Virus record (IMG/VR): IMGVR_UViG_3300033489_000234
Span: 1 to 42,688 of that record
DNA from: a virus
Lineage: Duplodnaviria; Caudoviricetes
Length of the DNA stretch: 42,688 nt
Reading direction: 5' to 3' (one strand)
The notes under the pieces are model-generated. The model was not told where the DNA came from. It was given only the letters and a program-made list of their open reading frames with translations, and ran no database searches. The translations under genes were made by a program, and so were the position numbers. This document shows, in pieces, positions 8,590 through 17,906 of the stretch (the stretch's first letter is position 1; each line of letters opens with the position of its first letter).

Positions 8590-10427
8590 TGGCATTTGCG
8601 GTAAAATATAGTAAGAAATTTCAGCGCATGGGTGTTACAACAACTTATCGTGTGGATATTCTCTCCGAGGCCGGTGGTGGTGTGATAACGCCGGATAAGA
8701 TGGGCGCTGAGCCATTTCAGTTAAAGACTCTTGGTTCGGAACGTGATGAAGATAAGATAGTAATAGGTTCGGAAATAACATTTGAGTTTGTACTGCTCAG
8801 GCGCGCTGGCGAAGCAGATTACGACGCATTGTTCCAGAGCGAATACCGCGATCATATTGTTAAGTTCTATAATGACGATACTTCTACTCTTCTATGGCAG
8901 GGATATCTACAACCGGAGAATATATCGAAGTCGATGTTCGAAAGGAATCTTCATATATATCTATCGGCTACGGATGCCTTAAAAGATCTCATAGAATATG
9001 ATTTTCTTGATGGTGGATCGATAGTTACTGGTCATCAGTCGGGACTTGCAATACTAAAACTCTGTCTGACAAATCTTGACCAGGATTCACAATTCCAATA
9101 TAACTTTATAGTTAAACTTGGTACAAAGCATACCGGGCAGGGAGCTAATGATACGGCGTTGAAAGATGTTACGCATGATACAAGAAGATTCACTAACCTG
9201 GTTGATGGACGGACTGAGGTAGATGATTGTCTGACAGTCATTGAAAAAATACTCAGACCATATTCCTGTACGCTTCAGCAATGGGGAGGTAAATATTATA
9301 TCCTGTTACGGCACGAAGTGGCAACAAATTACTATACTTATAACTGGGCTCTGGTTTTCCAGAGCAAAGCAGCATCAAACGATGATATAAATATTGATAA
9401 TTATAAGTTTCAGCGCGAAGCTGATATATCCTATTTATCACCAATAAAGGAATGTCAGTTAAGACTTCTTAATCGTAACGTAGGGTCACCGCTTGTAGCA
9501 GATATAAATGATTATGATGAAGATACCGGACCGTGGGATTACTCAAATTATGACTGGCTTTATGATGATGGTTTGACTTATATGCTATTAGATGCCAAAG
9601 CGGATGTCGGCGCTCCGGGCATAAGTAACGGATATGTTACACTCGTAAGTGACGTGGCTATACAGAAACTTACTGACGGGGATTATCTTAGTATCAGATT
9701 TTCATATTGCCATACTACCGGAGGTGCGGCAAATCCAGAATGGCCCCAGTTTAAAGTAATAGTCGTGAAAGATGGCGTTGATTATGAGGAATTACCGATA
9801 CAGATAATGAATGGCTATCTGTTTTATGAATCAGCATTAACGGCAAATTTTAAACTTATCGGAAATATCGGACAGACTTTTGATTATAATTTCAAAATAG
9901 AGATAATCTCTAATGACACAGTTAATTTTTATGAAATTCATCTTGTTGATTTCGACTTTACAAGGATTTTTACTGATGAAGGTGATGATCTGACAGGTGT
10001 ATCTTTTGATATTTTCTACCGGGGAATAAGTACAAAAGGAAAGATAAAACTTCCGGTAATAGATTTCTATTTTGGTGATACAGTTCCTGCCGGGGATTTT
10101 GCTGCATTGGTTTATGCTGCTGCGAATACTTTTGAATGGGATCGTGAGGGTGTCAATGACAATGCCTTGTTACTTTATCTATGGGCTAAGAATCTTCTTA
10201 TCTCCAGGCAGGATTATACTGAGTATATCATTTGTGTTATAAAAGATTCAGGAGATAATATTATACCAGTAAATTATATCTCATGGGGCGGGAAACAATA
10301 TCATATTGTCAGTTATGATAAAGCATTCCGCTCATCATGGATTGCATTGCATTTAAAAGAATGGAAAACTGCGAATGTAAATATCTCCTGGGAAATGATC
10401 GCACTGACTTCAATTAATGGACAATAA
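8589..10427 (+). CDS. Tail tip / hub protein
   Basis: Directly after the tape measure; YRVDI...LWQGYL.P....ATDAL..L pattern of tail-tip proteins. Confidence 0.65.
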   Translation: MAFAVKYSKKFQRMGVTTTYRVDILSEAGGGVITPDKMGAEPFQLKTLGSERDEDKIVIGSEITFEFVLLRRAGEADYDALFQSEYRDHIVKFYNDDTSTLLWQGYLQPENISKSMFERNLHIYLSATDALKDLIEYDFLDGGSIVTGHQSGLAILKLCLTNLDQDSQFQYNFIVKLGTKHTGQGANDTALKDVTHDTRRFTNLVDGRTEVDDCLTVIEKILRPYSCTLQQWGGKYYILLRHEVATNYYTYNWALVFQSKAASNDDINIDNYKFQREADISYLSPIKECQLRLLNRNVGSPLVADINDYDEDTGPWDYSNYDWLYDDGLTYMLLDAKADVGAPGISNGYVTLVSDVAIQKLTDGDYLSIRFSYCHTTGGAANPEWPQFKVIVVKDGVDYEELPIQIMNGYLFYESALTANFKLIGNIGQTFDYNFKIEIISNDTVNFYEIHLVDFDFTRIFTDEGDDLTGVSFDIFYRGISTKGKIKLPVIDFYFGDTVPAGDFAALVYAAANTFEWDREGVNDNALLLYLWAKNLLISRQDYTEYIICVIKDSGDNIIPVNYISWGGKQYHIVSYDKAFRSSWIALHLKEWKTANVNISWEMIALTSINGQ

Positions 10428-10482
10428 TTTATTGATATGACAATAGTAAGAGACCTAAGAAAATAATGAAAAAATATATGAC

Positions 10483-12468
10483 ATGAAAAAATTGTTAATA
10501 ATCGCACTATTTTTAATCAGCGCAACAACTTTCGGACAGCTCCAACTCGTAAAGGTCGGGGCAAAGCCGAATGACAATACCGGTGATCCGCTCAGGACGG
10601 CATTCCAGAAGGTCAATTTTGCGATAACGCAGATCAATACGAATACAGCAGGATTATTATTGCGAGTACCATATACGGGTGCGACTGCGAATCTTAACCT
10701 GGGTATAAATGATTTTTTATTGACTGGATCAATAGGCGCAACAGGATCACGAGTGACTAAAGGTTGGTTTACTAATTTAGAGATTACCAATCTTCCAACT
10801 ATTAATGGAGCATTACTCGTAAATACATTACCATTTAGTAGTTATGTACCATATACCGGTGCATCAGGTACTGTGGCTTTGGGTGTTAATGGTATTACAT
10901 CAACAGGTACTTTCAGTACTACCGGGGCTAGAATTGCGAAGATTTGGACGACGAATATCGAATCGACAAATTATCCTACAGTTGGAGGCAATGCTCTTAA
11001 TACTTTACTGATGCCTATTTCCGATTCGGTGAATTACCTGAAAGGCTATATGTCGAGATATGATGGTGTGATAGGACTGGCACTAAAATTGAATCTGGCA
11101 GATTCAGTCAATTATCCAAATAGTTATATGTCAAGATTTGATGGAGTATCGGGACTTGCATTGAAACTCAATATATCCGATACTGCTAATATGTTAACTA
11201 ATTATCTCAGGAATGCTGATATCGCAGGTAAACTTAATATATCCGATACGGCGTCAATGTTATCAAAATATGGACGGCTTGCAGGAGCAGTGTTTACATC
11301 AATAACTATTCCTTCACCTTTTACTCTTGGTTCAACATCTGTAACGTCATCTGGTGATGAATTGAATGTCCTTGACGGTATTCCCGGTACATTAACAGCA
11401 ACAGAACTTGGTTATTCTGATGGAGTAACTTCATCAATACAACAACAGTTAAATGACACAATATTGATAGAAACATTTACTCCGCTTCTTGCAGATAGTA
11501 ATATTGTCTCTCCAAATGGGTATATCACACTTAATTATCTTAATGATACGCTTGCAAACTATACAGGAGGTGGTGGAGGAGGTTCTTCAAATACAGTTTT
11601 TGTTCAGTTATCAGATACAGTTCCTTTGTTTGAATTTGGTGGAGGTGGAGGAAATAATTCTGATACAGTATTTATAGTAACAACTTCCGTTTATGGTGCA
11701 TTTTATAATAAATCTTCCGATACTTTGAAGATAACAGAACTTCGTGCAAATATGATAGCCGGTGCTACACCACTCGGAACAGATACACTTGCTATTCAGG
11801 TTTATTGGAACGATACTCTAAATGTGGCATTAGGGAATAGTTATACAAAATTAAATACTGCCGATTTAGGAATTAATTCCACGACAACAGGAACAGTAGA
11901 TGCTTCATTTAATAATGATGAGATACCACCTAGTGTATGGGTGTGGTGCAAGACCCCCGGTGTAGTTCTTGGACGTAAACCTAATATGTTTACTGCAACA
12001 CTTTCAGGATATAAACTGCCAAAATATATAGACAGGTTTTCTAATGTAAGAATGCTTGATGATACCTTATGTCTTGCAACTTTTGGAGCAGGGGGAGGAA
12101 ATAATAATGATACGGCAAGTTTTACGACTTCGACATATTACGGGGCATTTTTTAATAAAGGTTCAGATACTCTTAATGTGATAGAATTACGAGCCGTTAT
12201 GGTTGCAGGTTCTACTCCTTTAGGTACAGACACCCTTGATATAAATGTTTATTGGCATGCAACACTCGGTTCGGGAAGTGCAACAAAACTCAATACTACC
12301 GACTTGCCTATTAACTCAACTACAACCGGAACTACAGATACAAGCTTTAACAATGCGAAGATACCACCTAATGTGTGGGTATGGGCGAAATCACCTGCGG
12401 TTATTCTTGGTCGAAAACCAAATATGCTTACCATTCAAATAAGTGGATATAAAACGCCTAAATATTAA
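10483..12468 (+). CDS. Fibre-like protein with signal peptide, T4 gp9/gp10-like N-terminal motif, internal repeats and duplicated C-terminal domain
   Basis: MKKLLIIALFLISATTFG|Q; VGAKPNDNTGDPLRTAFQKVN; VPYTGA x2; KLN(I/L)(S/A)D(S/T) repeats; about 135-aa domain present twice (11614-12027, 12061-12465). Confidence 0.7.
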   Translation: MKKLLIIALFLISATTFGQLQLVKVGAKPNDNTGDPLRTAFQKVNFAITQINTNTAGLLLRVPYTGATANLNLGINDFLLTGSIGATGSRVTKGWFTNLEITNLPTINGALLVNTLPFSSYVPYTGASGTVALGVNGITSTGTFSTTGARIAKIWTTNIESTNYPTVGGNALNTLLMPISDSVNYLKGYMSRYDGVIGLALKLNLADSVNYPNSYMSRFDGVSGLALKLNISDTANMLTNYLRNADIAGKLNISDTASMLSKYGRLAGAVFTSITIPSPFTLGSTSVTSSGDELNVLDGIPGTLTATELGYSDGVTSSIQQQLNDTILIETFTPLLADSNIVSPNGYITLNYLNDTLANYTGGGGGGSSNTVFVQLSDTVPLFEFGGGGGNNSDTVFIVTTSVYGAFYNKSSDTLKITELRANMIAGATPLGTDTLAIQVYWNDTLNVALGNSYTKLNTADLGINSTTTGTVDASFNNDEIPPSVWVWCKTPGVVLGRKPNMFTATLSGYKLPKYIDRFSNVRMLDDTLCLATFGAGGGNNNDTASFTTSTYYGAFFNKGSDTLNVIELRAVMVAGSTPLGTDTLDINVYWHATLGSGSATKLNTTDLPINSTTTGTTDTSFNNAKIPPNVWVWAKSPAVILGRKPNMLTIQISGYKTPKY

Positions 12469-12473
12469 ATAGA

Positions 12474-13367
12474 ATGAAAAAAGTTCTGTTATTATTTTTA
12501 TCGGTCTTTCTTGTTCTTGCACCTGTTAATGCACAGGTATTAAGGACAAATCCATTATATACAAATAATTCCACAACACCTCCCAGCGGTTATTGCGCGG
12601 AATACCAGACAGTATATGATGCAATGACTACTCCTCCGTCATCTATCCATGCAGAGGCACAGAATACATTTGTTGAATCTGCCAAGACACATGGCTATTG
12701 GACAATATTTGTTGTATTCTGGTTTTATGCTCAGGATTATAACACAGATGGTGAGGAATTATTAAACTGGAAAGACCCTGCGACTCATGCATGTACATTA
12801 TCTGCAACGGCTCCCACATGGACTGCATTGGAAGGGTATCTTGGTAATGGCTCCGGGGCGAATAACGCAACGATAAATACTAATTGGAATCCTGTTGCTG
12901 ATTATGCTGCTCATGGCTCTATTGATTTTATTCAGGATGCAGCAAGTTATGGTGGTTATACAAGGGTTGAAGTCACTGAGAGTAAATATGTCGGTGGCGG
13001 ATATGATGGTTCAAACAGGACAAGGGCAACGGTAACAAGTACAGGTGTATATGCTTCTTGCAATGCAGGAGGCGAGACTTCACGATCTGAGGGTGCAACA
13101 TCTTTGGGTCATATTGCTGTTGTAAGGTCTGCTGCTGCTGTAACAAAGTTTTACCGCAACGGGGATCAGGTGAGTACAACTGCCACAACAGCATCAACCG
13201 GTGTACCGAATGTTAATTTCTATGTCCTGCATTATAGTAATGCAGCTTCATCAAATAATCAGGTATCGATGTTCTTTGCAGGAGGCGTGATGACAGACCA
13301 GCAAGTATTGGATTTTAGTACAGATTTTGAAGTTTTAATGGATGCTTTAGGAACGGGCGTACAATGA
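12474..13367 (+). CDS. Signal-peptide protein with probable ConA/LamG-like beta-sandwich
   Basis: MKKVLLLFLSVFLVLAPVNA|Q; GHIAVVR.....KFYRNG LamG-like motif. Confidence 0.6.
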   Translation: MKKVLLLFLSVFLVLAPVNAQVLRTNPLYTNNSTTPPSGYCAEYQTVYDAMTTPPSSIHAEAQNTFVESAKTHGYWTIFVVFWFYAQDYNTDGEELLNWKDPATHACTLSATAPTWTALEGYLGNGSGANNATINTNWNPVADYAAHGSIDFIQDAASYGGYTRVEVTESKYVGGGYDGSNRTRATVTSTGVYASCNAGGETSRSEGATSLGHIAVVRSAAAVTKFYRNGDQVSTTATTASTGVPNVNFYVLHYSNAASSNNQVSMFFAGGVMTDQQVLDFSTDFEVLMDALGTGVQ

Positions 13368-15697
13368 AAAAACTACTGACAATATTATTTCTTTTTGTTA
13401 GTCTGACATTATCAGCACATCGTTATTATGTCAGTTCATCTAATGGCAATGACGGTGATCCTGGTACATTAGCATTACCCTGGTTGACGATAGCAAAAGT
13501 TAATGGATTTACATTTGCTGCCGGTGATACAGTAAGTTTTAAATGTGGCGATACATGGCGGGAAATGCTTACAATACCACGATCCGGGACTGCCGGGAAC
13601 AATATGGTATTTAATGTTTACAGTACCGGTGCAAGACCATTGATACTCGGATCGGATATATCAGCAGGATGGACAGATGAAGGTGGAAATATATGGAAAT
13701 CCACAACAACATTTGCAGTTGATGTATGGGGAGTGTCTCCGTGGAAATCGGATATATTCTTTTATGAGACAGGAGGGACTGTTACATGGGGATCACATAA
13801 AGTAAGTACGGTAGCCTGTGTTGATGAATATGACTGGACACAATCAGGAGGTTATATTTATGTATATGCCGCTACTGATCCTGATGCACGTTATACAAAG
13901 ATAGAGATACCGCAAAGGCTTTATTCTATCTGGCTTCCGCAAAGGCAATACATAACAATAGACAGTCTTGATCTTAGGCATCCGAAGAAAATCAATGTTT
14001 ATGATAATGAACCAAATACGACAGGTCTTACCGATTTTACTCTGAAAAATTGTCATATAGCATGGGTGGGTACTATGCATAGCGGAGATGGAGGAACTGA
14101 AGATACTCATGGATATAATGTCTCTGTTGCCCGTAGTAATATGCTTATTCAGAATAATGAGATCCATAACGGGGGCAGACGGCAAATATCAATAAACTGG
14201 TACAGTGTAAATAATAACACGGCAGATAATATCGTCATTGAAAATAACTGGTGTCATGATGGCAATCATGGAAGCGGCATGGCTTGTGATGTTACGGATA
14301 ACAGTAATAATCATGTAACAAATATCTATGTAAGGAATAACCTATTTACACAACTTGAAGATTGGGGAACACATGAAGATGATGAATACAGTACATTTGG
14401 ATCATTCAGGGCATTATCATCAGGATCGAGCATATCCGGTATATATATCTACAATAATGTTTATAAATATGTAAGCAACTATTGTTATCAGTTTGTATGC
14501 GTGGATAATGTCTATATCTACAATAATACGTTTTATGATCTTAACCACCATTTCAATACCTATGCGTATCACTTACAGTTGGCGGGTCAAAATGGTCAGT
14601 CATGTACGAATGTCAATATAAAGAATAATATTTTTTACACTACAAATACTTATTCTGTCCAGCATTCCCACATGAACATAAATTATTATAATGCCATGCT
14701 CCCTGCTCAGGTTAATATGGATTATAATTTATTTTATGAATTAGATCATGCTCTATGGTTGATTACATTGGCTGATGCAATACCATCGGGAGGAAGGTAT
14801 AATACTGCTAATTGGGCAACACTGAAAAGCACATACGGCTGGCAGGCGCATGAGCCTACTCTTAATACCATCCCCGGATGGGTATCTGCTCCTGATAATC
14901 TCAACCTTGCAGCAGGATCGGTATGTATTGGTACCGGTGTCTATCTTGGCGGTATATATAGTACGGATATTTTAGGTAATGCAAGGGCAAATCCACCGTC
15001 TATTGGTGCTTATGAATATGATGCTGATCCTCCTATACTTGTTACTTCAATAGATATTTCAGCAGCCGGTAGTGCAACGACAATAACAATAGAAGATGGC
15101 ACATTGCAACTCTATACCAATGTCGAACCTGATAATGCTACTGATACGACAAAAACATGGTCGTTGATAAATGGCACAGGGGAAGGGACGATAACTCAGA
15201 CAGGAGTTATAACGGCTGTCAGTGATGGTACTGTTACTGCAAAAGCCCTTTCTAATGATGCTAGCGGAATCTATGATACTTATTTGATTACTATTTCTAA
15301 TCAGGACCCTGCACCTGGAGAAGGATTACCGACAGTGATAACAGGAGGCGTTAGTTCGGGATGGACGGCAATATGGGCGATAGCAAATGGCGAGGTAACT
15401 GATGATGGAGGCGGCACGGTTTCAGACCGGGGAATATGCTGGGGTACATCTGCCAATCCCACAACGGCAGGTTTACATGGTCATAGTGGCACGGGTGAGG
15501 GATCCTTCACCTATACCATCACGGGACTTAAAGGGCTTATCCATTATCATTTCCGGGCATTTGCAACGAATGGGGAGGGTACAGCATATAGTTCTGATGT
15601 GGAATTTTTCACACCACGTTTTTCTACTGTGACAACTGGTGCGGGATTGAATAAAAGACTAAGATATGGAGGAAAATTTGTAATGATAAGCAGATAA
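13364..15697 (+). CDS. Signal-peptide protein: parallel beta-helix (pectin lyase-like) plus Ig-like (Big_2) plus FN3-like domains; possible depolymerase/adhesin
   Basis: YYVSSSNGND..PGT...PW.TI; IQNNEIH/IENNWCH/IYNNTFY repeats; PSIGAYEY; VEPDNATDTT.TWS; YHFRAFATN..GTAYS. Confidence 0.75.
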   Translation: MKKLLTILFLFVSLTLSAHRYYVSSSNGNDGDPGTLALPWLTIAKVNGFTFAAGDTVSFKCGDTWREMLTIPRSGTAGNNMVFNVYSTGARPLILGSDISAGWTDEGGNIWKSTTTFAVDVWGVSPWKSDIFFYETGGTVTWGSHKVSTVACVDEYDWTQSGGYIYVYAATDPDARYTKIEIPQRLYSIWLPQRQYITIDSLDLRHPKKINVYDNEPNTTGLTDFTLKNCHIAWVGTMHSGDGGTEDTHGYNVSVARSNMLIQNNEIHNGGRRQISINWYSVNNNTADNIVIENNWCHDGNHGSGMACDVTDNSNNHVTNIYVRNNLFTQLEDWGTHEDDEYSTFGSFRALSSGSSISGIYIYNNVYKYVSNYCYQFVCVDNVYIYNNTFYDLNHHFNTYAYHLQLAGQNGQSCTNVNIKNNIFYTTNTYSVQHSHMNINYYNAMLPAQVNMDYNLFYELDHALWLITLADAIPSGGRYNTANWATLKSTYGWQAHEPTLNTIPGWVSAPDNLNLAAGSVCIGTGVYLGGIYSTDILGNARANPPSIGAYEYDADPPILVTSIDISAAGSATTITIEDGTLQLYTNVEPDNATDTTKTWSLINGTGEGTITQTGVITAVSDGTVTAKALSNDASGIYDTYLITISNQDPAPGEGLPTVITGGVSSGWTAIWAIANGEVTDDGGGTVSDRGICWGTSANPTTAGLHGHSGTGEGSFTYTITGLKGLIHYHFRAFATNGEGTAYSSDVEFFTPRFSTVTTGAGLNKRLRYGGKFVMISR

Positions 15698-15713
15698 TTT
15701 TAAATTTAAAACT

Positions 15714-15896
15714 ATGACAAAAGTAAAAAAAGTAAAAATTAATGTTGAGGCAGTTGCAATGATTAGAAAACCTGCTGTCCAATGGAAGTCTCATTGTGGA
15801 AGTTGCGATTGGGAAAGTGATTGTGTCCCTTTCGATAAATTAAAAGGTATATGTCCTGATTGTGGTGAAGGATGTTATTGGATACCTTGTTCTTAG
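15714..15896 (+). CDS. Small zinc-ribbon protein
   Basis: CGSC...CPDC; 60 aa. Confidence 0.55.
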   Translation: MTKVKKVKINVEAVAMIRKPAVQWKSHCGSCDWESDCVPFDKLKGICPDCGEGCYWIPCS

Positions 15897-15913
15897 AATA
15901 AAAACTTATTAAC

Positions 15914-16312
15914 ATGAGTGAACCTTGCACAAAAGAGAATGAACTTGGAAGAATACAATCTACCGTTGAAATGGTAAAAAAAGAGATATTCAATGGGGAT
16001 AATGCTCTTTCCAAGAGTGTACCGGTTTTATCAAATCAAGTAAAAGAACTCACTGGTGCTGTAAAAGATTTACGGACTGCAATATCAGGATTTGCAAAAT
16101 TTCAAAATGAAACTGGAGGTAGAAAATCTTTAATAGGGAGTTTAGTCCCGTGGCTTGCTGTCGTAATAGCAGCCATTTCTCTTTTGGTTAGTAATATTAA
16201 AATCAATAAAAGCAATGAAGATATAAATTGGAAAATGCAGTTCAAAGTGGATAGAAAACCCGATTCCACGACACGAAGTTTTCAACCTTTTATAAATGAT
16301 TCAATTCAATGA
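15914..16312 (+). CDS. Single-TM membrane protein preceding the endolysin (holin/antiholin-like)
   Basis: Coiled-coil N-half; TM LIGSLVPWLAVVIAAISLLVS; ATGA overlap with the amidase. Confidence 0.55.
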   Translation: MSEPCTKENELGRIQSTVEMVKKEIFNGDNALSKSVPVLSNQVKELTGAVKDLRTAISGFAKFQNETGGRKSLIGSLVPWLAVVIAAISLLVSNIKINKSNEDINWKMQFKVDRKPDSTTRSFQPFINDSIQ

Positions 16313-16761
16313 TAAACGTAATAGTTCATTGTTCAAATTCAAGTTTCGGTAATGCAGCTCTTGTAGCAAAATGGCATGTATTACCTCCTCCTGATGGTAG
16401 GGGATGGTCCGCTATAGGATATCATTATGTTATTCTTAATGGTCGTATATCAGCATATAGGCATAACTCAAACTTCGATGGACATATAGAAACAGGCAGA
16501 CCATTGGATGATGATAAGGATATTCAGAGTGATGAATTTGGTGCCCATGCTACCGGATGGAATAATGCAGTCGGTATTTGTCTAATAGGTTTGTCTGGCA
16601 CTTTTACTGAGGCACAATTGAGATCATTGAGACATCTTATAGGTAAGCTTCGGTTACAGTTTGGAGAGATTAATGTCATGCAACATTCAGACGTTGAACC
16701 GAAAAAACCTCAATGTGCAGGACTTACTAAGCAGCAAATATATACTCTGAATTTAATATGA
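16309..16761 (+). CDS. Endolysin, N-acetylmuramoyl-L-alanine amidase (T7 lysozyme-like)
   Basis: VIVHCS, GWSAIGYHYVI, GAHATGWN..VGICLIG, HSD...K.QC. Confidence 0.92.
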   Translation: MINVIVHCSNSSFGNAALVAKWHVLPPPDGRGWSAIGYHYVILNGRISAYRHNSNFDGHIETGRPLDDDKDIQSDEFGAHATGWNNAVGICLIGLSGTFTEAQLRSLRHLIGKLRLQFGEINVMQHSDVEPKKPQCAGLTKQQIYTLNLI

Positions 16762-16856
16762 AAAAGATATTTAATTTTATTTGGAGTATTAAATATGTAA
16801 TTTTGCTTCTGATCGAGATCGGAGTTTTGATTTATTTAATATATTACATACTATGA
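16758..16856 (+). CDS. 32-aa transmembrane microprotein in the lysis cassette
   Basis: MKKIFNFIWSIKYVILLLIEIGVLIYLIYYIL; ATGA overlaps at both ends; not in the ORF track. Confidence 0.7.
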   Translation: MKKIFNFIWSIKYVILLLIEIGVLIYLIYYIL

Positions 16857-17662
16857 AAGATTTCACACAATATAGATTTAATGTCCTACGTAGCCCGAAA
16901 GATACAAGAGACTGGAAGGCTTCGGCTATCTATCCGCGTGTAACTTTACCGGTACGAACAAATAACCGCGAATTGATGTTCCGGGTACGTGATCAGGGCA
17001 GCCAGGGTGCGTGTGTCGCTATGGCCGGATCGGCAATGAAGGAATGGCAGGAAGTCAAAGAATGGAATCTCTCGGAATATCTATCACCACAATTCATATA
17101 TAATAACCGTGAAGATTCCAGTGAGGAAGGTATGTATATGCGTGATCTGATGAGCATATTGCGTAAATATGGCGATTGTTTTGAGACATTATATAAGTAC
17201 GGATCAATGGCCCCGATATCGGAACCTGTGTATCGCAATGCAGCGAATTATATTATTAAGAATTATGCCTCTGTCGAGACGCTGGAAGAACTCAAAACTG
17301 CGCTTTATCTTAATGGTCCCTGTGTTATTGCCGTACCGGTCTATAACTTTACCGAGCGGATGTGGTTCAGACGCCCCGGAGATTATCAACTTGGTGGTCA
17401 TTCTATGGCTGTCGTCGATTATGATGACGAGAAAGGCGGCCTGTGGATCCGTAATTCCTGGGGTACGGACTGGGGTAATGATGGATATTGCTTTATGAAA
17501 TATGAAGATTTCCCGATGGTATGGGAATGGTGGACAACTATTGATGAGAAGTCAATGCCGGATCCTCCTGAACCTCATAAAAAATCATGGCTCGAAAAAT
17601 ACTGGTGGGTCATTGTTATTGGCATTGTCGTTATAGGAACTATCGTTTTAATATTAACTTAA
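16853..17662 (+). CDS. Papain-family (C1) cysteine peptidase with C-terminal membrane anchor
   Basis: VRDQGSQGAC, GGHSMAVVDYDD and IRNSWGTDWG supply Q/C/H/N; ends YWWVIVIGIVVIGTIVLILT. Confidence 0.9.
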   Translation: MKDFTQYRFNVLRSPKDTRDWKASAIYPRVTLPVRTNNRELMFRVRDQGSQGACVAMAGSAMKEWQEVKEWNLSEYLSPQFIYNNREDSSEEGMYMRDLMSILRKYGDCFETLYKYGSMAPISEPVYRNAANYIIKNYASVETLEELKTALYLNGPCVIAVPVYNFTERMWFRRPGDYQLGGHSMAVVDYDDEKGGLWIRNSWGTDWGNDGYCFMKYEDFPMVWEWWTTIDEKSMPDPPEPHKKSWLEKYWWVIVIGIVVIGTIVLILT

Positions 17663-17672
17663 TTTATTAATT

Positions 17673-17906
17673 ATGAAATCAGGATTTTTAAAACTTAATT
17701 TACGAGACTTCATTAGAGGACTCGTCGTTGCTGTACTTTCCGCGCTTTTTGCCGGATTGCTAAAGCTCTTTGAAGCTGGTCCTTTCATATTTGACTGGCC
17801 GACATTCCAACCGATAGTATTTGCTGCTATCGTTGCTGCACTTGGTTATCTTACGGCTAACCTATTTACAAACAGCACAGGTCAAATCTTATCTCGAGAC
17901 AAATGA
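17673..17906 (+). CDS. Putative holin (2 TM)
   Basis: 77 aa with two hydrophobic segments; in the lysis cassette. Confidence 0.65.
   Translation: MKSGFLKLNLRDFIRGLVVAVLSALFAGLLKLFEAGPFIFDWPTFQPIVFAAIVAALGYLTANLFTNSTGQILSRDK

Noticed and set aside
11614-12465. Duplicated C-terminal domain as a DGR TR/VR pair
   Set aside because: Both copies are in-frame coding and differ at all base types, not only adenines; no RT in the genome
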